Assembly: GCA_036172245.1 (NCBI GenBank)
Contig: JAYWIR010000003.1
Location: 5,952,001 to 6,016,000, forward strand
Length of the DNA stretch: 64,000 bases
Reading direction: 5' to 3'
Source of the DNA: Raillietiella orientalis
Taxonomy: Eukaryota
Shown here: one piece after another, positions 38,106 to 49,399 of the stretch
Layout: each line of letters opens with the position of its first letter
How positions within the stretch are numbered: position 1 is the stretch's first letter
Position numbers and translations under genes: made by a program
The notes under the pieces: model-generated
Told to the model about the DNA's origin: nothing
Seen by the model: the letters and a program-made list of their open reading frames with translations, nothing else
The model's database searches: none

Positions 38106-39399
38106 GCAATCCATTTCTACCTGCGTAAAGAAAGTTCCGAGATGGTATAGTGCAAATAGTGGTCCCTTTTTGAAATAAATACCTACTGGAGGAAGAGATC
38201 CATCTGCTTGTTCATCTGATTCTTCCTTTCGATACTTATTTTCTTCTATCTTCCACTGCAACTGCTCTCAGATCCTTGAAAGACCGAAACAATTGCAGTG
38301 GAAGATGAAGCTGCTGTTTTGTTCCATAAAGGGTAACATACTTTATGGTTTTATAAATTCCACTCGTACTCCCAAGTGTACAACAGTGGAACTAACGTGA
38401 CAGGAATTTTTTTCTCCTGAACACGAATACAACGATATTCCAAACCTAAGAAGGAACGAATCCTGAAAAGGAGGCGTGTTGTAGGGCAATATTTAGCGAA
38501 AAGAAAATCTGCATCGATTCTGAAATGTACTTCTTGCGATTCTTTCTTTACTTTCCGGGCGCAGGGACTTCATCTACATTTTCTGTTAACCGTCACTGTT
38601 ATAGGTCATCCAAAGGCGTTCCTCCTCGGAGAATAATCAGGGCTTCTAGTCTGGGCAGAGGAAGAAGGGAAACTTGTCTTTTCGGATTTGAATGAACGCG
38701 TGTCGCCTGATGATGCTGTCATGCAGCATCCCACTTTGAAACACAATAGCGAAATGTTATGCCCCAAAATCGGCGGCAGGTGGGAGCAGAACTTTTTCGT
38801 GAGTTGCTTTTATTCCAGAGAATAAATATCTCGTTGTTCATACCATCAGGGATCGGGAAATTACTGCGCTGTCGCCCAGTTTGTTCCCATTTATGTCAAC
38901 ATCCTAAACAACAGCTGGGTTCCTAGATGATGTCTTATGAGAAGATCGTAACGAAAACTTTCGTCTTTTCCGGAAATTGAGTTACTATGCAAAATGCAGA
39001 GTTTTTTCCTTTCCAGATCAAATTGAAATTCCCACTTCCTCGTCGATACAAGGATTTATCTACGAAGTTGATGTTTCTATTTTCTAATTTTTCTCACTTT
39101 TGCCCCTCATTCTATGAATTGGCAAGTTTTCTGCTGCATTTCTGCAGAATTCCTCCGTTACTCCCATTTTGGTTGACGATTTTCTGGTTTCCTTTTCTCT
39201 TTATGTCTGTACCATTTCATCTTTTCTCAGTGCATATACCTTTTGCACCTATACTGACAAAAAAAAAAGAAAGAAAGAAAAGAAAAACAGCCAGTATGAT
39301 TGGCAATATGATAGCATATCCTTCACATGCAGCTTCGGAGGAGCAAAGCATTTCGAGAAACAGTAGTTTAAAGCACGGATGCCAACGAATGCCTAAAGG

Positions 39400-42300
39400 A
39401 ATGAAAATTCATTGGCACGTATCTTTTCTGGAGATCTACTTGTTGTAATCAATAGCAAAACGAGTTCAATGAACTGATCGCCGATCTCATCGCGTTTATA
39501 ATTCTTATGGAGTCCACTGTTTTTGAGCGTTCATATTTATCAAAAATCAATGAGCATTTAAAAACGTGCCTCTCCATCAAGATGCCTCCATTGCCATTCC
39601 AATCGAAAGGAGGAAGGAGTATCGAAATCCTATCGATTGAGCATACATGAGGAGATGATTTATAGTAACCGTCAGCTGTATTGAGCAATCCTACACGATT
39701 TTTGCATTTATACTTAGGGTATGCCGGACCGAAAAATGATCGTTTCGAGATCCTGAACGGAAAGGGTACGTGGAAAAGTGGGAAAAATTTGAATCCATAC
39801 CTTCTGCTGACAAGATGAACGATCCGGATGATGCATACAACATCCTCATCATGAATTGCGCATCTCATCCATCCGATTTTGTCATATAGTTAAAACGAAA
39901 TTGCAACCAATAGTTCCGCAGTCTCATGCCCCGTTGCCCTTGGTTCCGAAAGACCGAGTCCATGTCGTTCCTAATCTTCCGAAAAGACTCGCTCGACTCA
40001 CTAATCGAATTTCCCCTCTCGTTCCATGCTTAATGAGCACCCTAGAGAACCACTCCGAAAAGTTCGGATTCGGGGTGATTCTCCCTCAATCGTATCTCCT
40101 CCGCTTCGGGTGCAGCTAGTGATCTTCACGAGATTGCATTCGTCCTTGTTTCCCGAGACACTCCAGGTGTGGATTGAGCAGATTCGAAGTGTGTTCCATT
40201 TCGACTGGCGTGCTTGTAGGAAAATCATGCTCACAGGTACTGAGGAAACTGACCCCTTTGATTGCAATTCTTCGTCCGACGAAACCTTCGGCTGTTTCAA
40301 GGAAAAATCTTCACCACAGTGACGGCATCCCTTCATTTTGCTTGCAGCTTCCATAGCACCTTTACCCATGTGTAGAGTTCAGCACAGTCGTAAGACGTTC
40401 CTCAGGCAGCAGTATCTGTGAAAAGGAACCATCAACTTCTATCAGTTTTTCCGTTTTTCTTTCAAAGTGATTCCATTGATTGCTTTCCGGTACATTTGTC
40501 ATAGTTCTTTTCTGTATTTACTGTTCTCGCGCTTGATAGGATTTCATAGTCCTATTTCATTGTCCACTTTGGTAGTTATCAACGGGACTAATTATTTGTT
40601 GAACGAACACGGGGCTCAGTGCTTTTGCTCATTCGAATGACGGCATCCTTTCCCGTATCTATGCATCACGTGGATGCTGCAATTTTTCTCGACTCAGTGA
40701 TGCTGGGATACGTTTGATGCATACCTGACCCGTGCGCGTTGATCCCACATTCTTCTCGTGGTTGGGATCAGGGTTTCGCCAAATCATCTTCGGTCGCTAG
40801 GAGCACCCAGCGTCGAACCATTTTCGAACGCTTTTCCGAGCAGCGACCGTACACTGTGGCAAGTGTGTACAGTTTCCGCATTTGTCTGGGGTGCTCTGCG
40901 CCGATTGCAAAAGACCTGGTGGACGCCGAGGATCTCTGCCTTTCCTTCGGAGAAGGTCAAGCTTTCCGTTAGCTGCACTCGAAACTTGCTCGTAGAATCT
41001 TTAGCCACAGCTACCAATTTTACGTATTCAGTTGAATTCAGCGAGTCATGCTCTAAAGGTCCGTTTCTGAAATGCTGTTATTTAGAAACTTTGCAAGGCT
41101 GCACTCCAGCCATGCCCGTTCGTTCATCGAGTGAGAAACACATCAATGGAATGCCGTTCGTGTTGGCTGGCGAATTTCTCCATATCTGCGTTATTGAACC
41201 ACACGACATGGAATTCTGTAATATGCAAGGTCATGTGAATCCTTACAGATCGCCCGACTGGGAAGCACACCTACGAAAGGAGTTTCTCTGCGAGGCGAAC
41301 CAATCCTCATTCCGTCCTCTAACCAATTTTCAGTTCAAGGGATAAGTGGATGTCCTCTTTCCTGATGTGAGCACTTATCAGTGTTTCAACAAAAATCATT
41401 AACTCCACGGAAACTTTTGCCCTTCTTATCAGAAGGACAAAAGATACAAGGAATAGCCAGTCATACGTGATGAAACGTCAGGAGTTTCGGGATAAATCCA
41501 CGCCGCCATGACAGGAGATAACAAGGCACAGAAGTAGCACCGAAGCACGTGTATCGTGGAAGAACGTCAAGGCATGGAACGTCAAGTAATCACCAATTAT
41601 AGAACTGCTGCCACAAATGTTTTATTATTATCCTTATTTTCTTATGAAGACTTTACTGAAGTTTATTCCGTGTCAATTTTCGCACGGTTCAGAAACACCG
41701 GTGAGATCCACACTGCAGAGGACATCTTTTTTCGGACTCTTAGGAAACTGATGTTAAAGCATCAGCAAGCAGCTTTCACAGCGATGGGACCGGGAGGCAT
41801 CTCCAGTTGACAGGACTCCGACCGGGAGACACTCACTTGGCTGAAAGTCGAGTGGAATAGAAAGAGGTTTCCTCCAAATCTTCCCTTGCCCTTGGCGGGC
41901 AGTAAAGTCTTCCCGAGAATTCCCACCATGAGCGTGCGAAAACTGGGCACACCAAAACTGTCAAGTTTCCGTACCGTATACCGTAAAAGCCGCGATCAAC
42001 TGCCAAAACATGCATGAAGCTTTCCATTCGTCAGCACATTGCTATCCCGGAAGTGTTTCCAGGGACGAGTCTTTGATGTCATTCCTCCCCGCAAGTAATC
42101 GGCTGGAATCAGCGAGATTCAACCTCAGAGAGGAGATTCAAGATTGCTGACTGCTTGCTATGGAGGAATATCCTGCACCTCGATCCCCAGCCCGTTGAAG
42201 GTCCTCGAAACCACTGCAGAAAGCTGCGAGCTGATCCTTGCTGTTTGACCTGTTGCGAATTCCCCGTGACCCCGGAGGCATCGTAGGTCCATCGCGCGAT

Positions 42301-44200
42301 GAGTCTGGAAAAAAACAAATGGGCCGAAAAAACCGTCGTCTAACCTCAGCATTACAGAAGCTTATCCCTCTCGTAGTCGTTCCGCCTACGGGGCTCGCCA
42401 TGCGGAATTCGTATCGCGCACGGCGCTCGAAGAAACTCGTGACCTGCCGAATTTCCCATTTCTGAGACGTACAAACAACGGAGACCATCATCGGAAAGGC
42501 TTTCTGATAGCAAGCAAACGAGCGCGCACACAGCGGAATTAAGTAGCCGTAAATCATTTATGGGATAGCTCGAAGACTCTTGTTGTTTCATCAGACATTT
42601 CGAGATGGTATTCTGAGCTCATCATTGCTCTTTGGTCTATCCCGAATTCCTAAGAGCTCAAGAGGCATGATACACGCTTACCACATTATGGATCTGGAAA
42701 AAAAAATACGCGGAAAACCATCGTCTCAACTCAATACTACAGAAGCTTATTGGGGATTCGCACTGGCAGAAAACTGACATGGCATCCCAGTAATCTCGAT
42801 GGAGGATGAGATGGCTGATAAATCAGACTGACGGTGGGTGTTCGAGTCGAGTTATATCTTCTGGGATTTACTTTCCGAAGCGGTGGGTCCCGCAATTCAA
42901 GTGTCGCTGCCTGCTGTCATTTCAGAAGCTCTGTTTTTGTCTATGGAGCTCCGCTTGTAATTGGACAGACTGTTGGAATCCCACTTCTACAATCCTTGCA
43001 GTTGGGACTCTTTCCTTTCTTTCTTCTTTTCCTCTGATGGAGCTCAGATTACGCGCGACTGCCAAGTTTACCTGACTTGTCAAAGCGTTACGCACGTCTT
43101 ACATTCTGTTACTGACCACTGAGCTGTGAAGACTGCAGTTTTCGCTGCAGCACACATCTGACTTTAGCCGTTTTTAAATTGGTAGGCAACTTATCAGGCA
43201 TGTCAGACAGTTGTGCATCAGTAAACTTTCATTACAACGAAGTCAGTGATTCTCTTCTGTTCAGGCATGCTGGGAACGTGTGCACACTTGTGAATGCATA
43301 CGGTGGACTGCTGAGAAGGACGGGGCTTGTCGAAGATTTGAGGAATGCCTTGCTGGAGTGGAGGCGTCTCTCGACTCCCTTACATCTCGTCACATTTAGT
43401 TTGTTGAAATTTTAAAAAAAAAAAAAACCTTGTTCCAAATCGTGTGAAGGGTAGTTCAAAGAGTGGAGTTGGAGCTTTTGAAAGAGAGCACGTGGAATAC
43501 TTTCAAAATGATGACAAACTGCTTCCCCAATATGTCTTCTTGGGTTTGTTCATCTTGACTCTTGAGAAGGGTCCAATTCTCGCTTCCAGCAGCTCTTTAC
43601 AGAAAATGAGTAATGCCGGTCATGAATTACAATTAACAGCTGATGACGATGGATTGCGTGCGCTGCTCGTCGAGTGGCAGTGGGATGTGGTAAGGTCTTA
43701 GTGGGCTATTCTGCTCGAACGCTCAGATGCAAATCTGGCTGGGGACCAGTAATGAGGCTGGGGCACTTCAGTACGTTCCTTGTGAACAAGTCAGTTTGGT
43801 GGGCCTCTGGCAAGTCTGCAGCCGGCAACGGTTCCGATTCCTGGAAACGCAACCATCAAGTCGGTGGTGTTTCTTCTTTGCCGTGTCTCCACCCAAATGG
43901 TAATTTTCCTTCCCTCCGTTCTCCCAATCCGGGTTGCGCGGCACTCCGTCTTTGGGGTTCCCAATCCTCGAGCTTCATCCTCATCCTCAGAGATCTTCCT
44001 AACCCCTGTTTTCATGTCGGAATTCCTATTCGTCGCGTCAATCCTTGTTTTTAAAGTTTGTTCCCGATCTCGAAACGAATTTTCAAAAATTCTGTCCGTT
44101 TTCTTCGAGATGCGCGTTCAAAGCTTTCACTGCTCGATGGAAATTCCAATTCGCTTCCTTGGTGGATTGATCTGCGCGCTTTGTGGGGTTTCCGCATCTT
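39400..44200 (-). mobile_element. Degenerate near-full-length NeSL-like retrotransposon
   Basis: Minus-strand remnants in order: zinc-finger-like 5' part (~43900-44200), RGISFCN (~RPISLCN, 42360), GF.PFNG (~42200), a QG..SP..FN-like segment (~41780), GKGAMEAAS (~40360) and CTRSG...GSLGC knuckle (~40040-40115). Confidence 0.6.
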
Positions 44201-46299
44201 TGGCAATCATCAGCTGACTTTGATACATTTTGGTAGCCTTGAAAAAAACACACATCTGATGTTTTAATTTGATTTGGATTCTAAAATTTCAAATACCCAA
44301 ATGTTCCTATGTATGTACAGACCAATTACTGAAGGGAACACCCTGTTCTGATGATTGCAGAAATCTTTCTTGCAGCACAGCGTCCTGCTTCGGGCACGAA
44401 GTGAGCATCTCTTTGGATAAAGTTGCATCGTGGATGAAAATAGCATGGTATCATGGCGTGGGTGTTTCTCTCAATTCATCCAAACATTGGAGCTCATCCT
44501 CCAAAAAAATAAAATAAAGAGATCATGCAACTTCGAAATAGTTGTGGATAATGGATCGAAAAACAACAGTCCGCCTGTTCATTGCTTATTGGCTGTTAGA
44601 TGAAATCATTAACTCCTTGTTTTTCGCTTTCCTTATCGTTGCTTCATTTTTGGTCTAAGAAAAATCACTGCTCACGTCTGCTTTCAATGCTGGTCACTTC
44701 GTGCACAGGGCTGGAATGAGAAATGGAGCGGTGGAAACCACGAGGAACTCGTGATAATGGCTGGAAACTCCCAACATCCAAAGGATCAGACTGAGGAGAC
44801 GCAGGCGCTTTTTAAAAGGGTGTTTTAAAGATGAGCCTTGCATCCGACATCCGTTTTAGTGTGGTAGGCATTTCTGGCTCTTCGCATGCAGGAAACCAGA
44901 CATGACGCAGTGAGGGAGATTCAGAGTGCAAACTGCGGTCTACTGGTGGAGTCTTGGAATTCGTACATATCTGTACCTTAATATTCAAAATCAGTGACTC
45001 TTCCCTCTTCGTGATAGAGGATTCTCAATACATTTTCTTCTCACACACGCGATTCGAATGATCAAAATAAGTGCTTCTGCGCGGTCTTTCGTCTACAGTT
45101 ATTGTTCTGTGGTGGTTCAGCGTCCACTTTCGAGCCACTGTACTGCGTTTTCCTTGATGCTCTTTTCGCTATGTACATAACCACGTAAAAAGCAATTCCA
45201 ATCTCAGTGCAGGTCTGCAGTCCACCACTTGTCTTGACATTCGTGCGCGGTGTTTCACGAGTGATCAAAGACACGTCGGTGAGTTCAGCACAACTTGCAC
45301 TCGTCTGTGAAAACATAGCCAATGACCGCGGTGTCCTCCTGGACGAACGTGCGTCGCTGCTAAACGGACCATATCCTATTGGTGGTGTCGTGGAAAAACC
45401 ACGAAGTTACCGCCAAGCTTTCAGCCACTGAAATGCTTATCCTCATTACTTTCTTTTTGACGCAGGATAATGAAATTTCATCTCTACAAGAATTCCAAGT
45501 TTCTGAAACGCAGATGCCGGGGTCATTTCTAATTCACTTATTCTCTGCTGGAGCGCAATTACCATTTCATCCTCGGATGAGAAAACACAAGTTGCATGTA
45601 TTCGTAGCAACATATGTGCATATTATCAGTCTTCCGCTTCGTCACAAATTCGGAGTCAACACAAAGTGTATAAGCTTGAAGACGTCTGCACATTTCGATT
45701 AGGCATTCAGGGTCAAAACTCCCTTTTCTGCGTGCAGCACCATGGATGGCCTTCAGTTTAGAGAACACGGATCTGACTGCACAGAAGCATGGAAACTGGA
45801 CTGTACACAGAAACTCCCAGAATCGATGAACGGTCTCTGAAGAGGAGGTGGTGGGCAGTTCTGGAATCTGCATCCGGGTGACGCCTCTGCAAAGTGCGTA
45901 GTCTTCACACGTGATGCCCTTCCCTCCTCTTTCCTCAAGGAAAAGCTGAGTTTGCAGTGCTAAAAGGACTGTGTGTGTGTGTGTGAGCTTCAAGCTATTG
46001 AGGAATCCGCCTAATTAAGTAAAGAGTTCAGTGTAAGCGGTAGAATAGCAACAGGACTGTTTTGGAGTTGGCTGTGGGTTCAATAAAACAGCTTGCACCT
46101 CAAAAGCTTCCTTCTTTCCTTTAATGCATCTAGTGAATCTTGTTCCATCAATGATGCATCTGAGAACTTTCATCAGTCCGCGCATCCCGTTCTCGTTTTT
46201 CCTAATTCCTTAGCCGTAATATTCTACCGCAATCCGTGGCTTTCAATGTCCCTCTTTAGACTGTCAATAATTTTCATTTCATTTCATATTCAGATATTC

Positions 46300-47900
46300 A
46301 CAGCCAAGGTTGATCTGCTCAGAGGCACATCCTTTTTTAGGGGGACTTTTCTGGTTTTCCAGATGAGGTGATCCCTAACAAATGCTGCTAGCGTGTTAAT
46401 CTGCCTTCCGGTCCAGTGATCTGCGATCAATACGCTTCGGAGAGTGAGGGCTGGCCATCAATTCTTACTGCGATGAATGCTTCCCAAACATTTGGGAGCT
46501 TGCATCTTCTTCAGCGGCACCTTCGGATGTGGAGAGTGGTTTTACGGCTTTGCTGTCACTGCACCGCGTGCCTGCTGTTCGTGGGATGGAGTTCGTTCTT
46601 TCGCGTGCACCCAGCAGCTGTGCCATTTCCGAAAATGCTTCGGCTCGAAGCTCCTTGTTGCCCTCTTAAAGCCGCAAGGGAGGATGGCATGTTTGAGCAG
46701 CTTCCCAATTAGCCGGTGTCTTCGGTCTTTCCCGTTGTCCTCTGCTTCGCAATTCCTTGAACCCGTCCCTGAGCATACGGTAGAGACGAGACAAAGTCCT
46801 CATGTGAGATTCTGACGATCCCTCGTTCCTGTTGCTTCGGTCTTCCGCGGATCTCTCGCAGTGCGACGTCGGCGGCCACCGTTGAAGTCAGCGAGCCTCA
46901 ATCTTGGACACACTGAAGGTCCACCGCTCCTGGCCGTCTGGTGTGCTTTGGCACAAGGAATGCCACTCGAAATCTGTGGATCACGGAAAACTGGAAATTT
47001 CCAGAAGGAACTTCCAACGAAGGCAGACTCTTCGTTGCCGTACCTAAAAGCCGTTGCTCTCGTTCTTGTGCTGCCTATTGTGGAGGAGAGCCGCAGTTTC
47101 TCTGCCTGCTTTCAGGAACATTACTTGGCGATGGCTTCTTTGCGCACCAGTGTCATCAGGGGATGCTCGGAATTTCCCATCCTTCATCGGAACGGAAGTA
47201 CCCACCTGCAAAGATGTGCCTGCCATTGCGTTGTGGATTCCTATGCTGCCGAAGTGGGTTCGGGATGCGCGCGGAGAATGGGAGCGAAAACCGCGCCCTC
47301 GGTTTACCGCTTCATCCACGGACCTCGCACTCATCGTCTGGGGGCCGATCTCTTCGAGTTTCCCAACTTCGCGGGGAATCAGGTCGAAACACCTCGATGT
47401 TCTCTCCCTTGGGATGAAGGGAGGCGACGCGACGAGTGGTGCAAAGATGACGTTTCCGCTGCCCCCTCTCTGGAGAGATCTCCCAGACAAACGGTTTCCT
47501 TCGGATTTGCTTCGACGCGATCTTCAATCCCTTCCCGGAGTCGATCGTTCGTATCGATCCAGACAGTGGCAACCGTCCGGAAATGCTGGTTGACTGCGTT
47601 ATCATTCCAGAGTGGCGTCTCCACCATCACAATACCCGCGGGATTTCTGCTCGCTGAAATGCATGAATGGGCCATCAATTTAGCCGACGTGTTGCCGCCC
47701 TGTGAGAACAAAAGTTGCTATTCAATGCGAGCAGTTGAAGGCACAGAACGGTGCGCGTGCTCAGGCTCAACGTACAGGCAGGAAGCGGCAGTGCCTGGAA
47801 GACGGGTCCCCAAGATCAGAAGTAGATGGTCCTCACGGTGAACCTCATGCGACGGGAGCTCTGCAAGAAGTTTTCCACCTGGTTTTGTCGGAGCATTCAT
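46300..47900 (+). mobile_element. Degenerate NeSL-like retrotransposon fragment
   Basis: Remnants in the expected order: NASQTFGSLH (~46480), FIHGPR (~47310), an ARLN-like segment (~47760) and RQC....E...PH (~47790-47850). Confidence 0.55.
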
Positions 47901-49399
47901 TTTTAAAGAAATAATGAAAACACACTGAAATGTTCTAGGGCGGTGAAACACTTGGTTGCACCACGTGCTCGGGGCTTGCCATGACCGGTACGTAGACCGG
48001 CGAGGTCCGTTTCCACAGCGACGGGGAAGGGAAAATCGGAAAAAAAAGAAAAGAAAAAAGAACCAAACAAAAAATTAAAACGAGAGTTGTACTGAAGAGG
48101 GGGAGGAGAAAGGGGATGGGATCACATTCCGCTGGGAGACGTCCCTTGCATCCTGTCCAGGATGCTGACAAGTTCTGTCCGAAGGTTACTCAGGTGGGGC
48201 CATCTCGAGGTGGACTTCAAGACGATTGTCGCCAGAGGATGGCGTCCCTTTCGTTTTGGCCCTTCTCCCGGCTTTCCTCGCCGTCACGATCCCGTGAAGA
48301 CTGCAGAGCACTGCAAGGGACACAGCTAGCGGCATTGCGGCACCACGCGCGAAGGAGCGTTTCCAAATTTCCCTGGGGCCGCCAACCGGGATTCCTAGGT
48401 GTGTCGAGAAGCCGATCCCGAAGGGGACGGAGGGCGGCACAGTCTAGCAGAAGGGGTTGCGGAAAGGTCTTCTTCCAGCCGCACTGATCACAATTGGCAT
48501 CCGCACTCCACCGCGTCCAATGGTGAAGGCGTGCCTTGCGCGGTATTCCCCCATTCAGCACCAGCAACGCCAACTCCTGCCACTCGAGGGGGAGGGTGCC
48601 ACTATTCCAGCACGCTGGGGACCATTTCAGCTGGGCTGTTAAAGTCCACACCGCGACACAAAAATTTCTCGAGATCTCAAATCCAGCTGCTTCGACCTAG
48701 GAGCATCCACACCGCGTTCCTTAATTCTTGTTCGATACAGGGATCTAAAAAATCGTTGGCAAAGGCTTCCTCACTCTTCTTCTCTCTTTCATTTTTGAAG
48801 AATCACCGTAGCGAGAAGCGATCCGCCATGGTTCCTTCTCACCACTTCTCGTGAACGAAGAAATCAAGTCTGATACTTTCAGTTGTATTCTACATTGCTC
48901 TTAGCTGGAACAGCAGCATGCAACGTCTTTTCAAGTGCTCCAGTTGGAACCTCCAACGGTCTTCCGAGAGACAAACTGCAGGACGCTGCAACATCGTTCA
49001 GGTAAAATTACAAAAGATTCCGTTATGATTTCATTGCTGACCGCGTAATTCAAGCATCGAAGTGGCTACTCGGATCCGTCTTTGGTTGAGCGTTTGAACA
49101 GCAGCAGCAGTGGCAGCTGTTTTTGGTTTGCTGAACGCGAACGGGGTACGGAATGCTCGCATAGGAAGAAGAAACCAGTCCAAACTCAATCCAGCTGCTT
49201 TTCTCACGTGCCGCCCTGCTTTCGAGTGTCCTGCTGGGAAATCATCTGTTCGGGTTCTAAAATTCTGGCGATGCGGACTTATGGCTGTTAATTCCAGGAA
49301 ACTTGGATTTGATTTGGGCTATCAATGATCTTGGGCATGAGGCGATTTCCACGGTCACGACATGATTGGTCATTTCTTATCAAGAATTGGCTCCATTTG

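Noticed and set aside
36500..38500. Telomerase RNA or RNase P/MRP RNA
   Set aside because: Only 6-7 nt template-like words (e.g. AACCTAA 38443-38449) in unsuitable positions; the CR-I-like GAAAGTTCCGAG has no matching CR-V/P4 partner.
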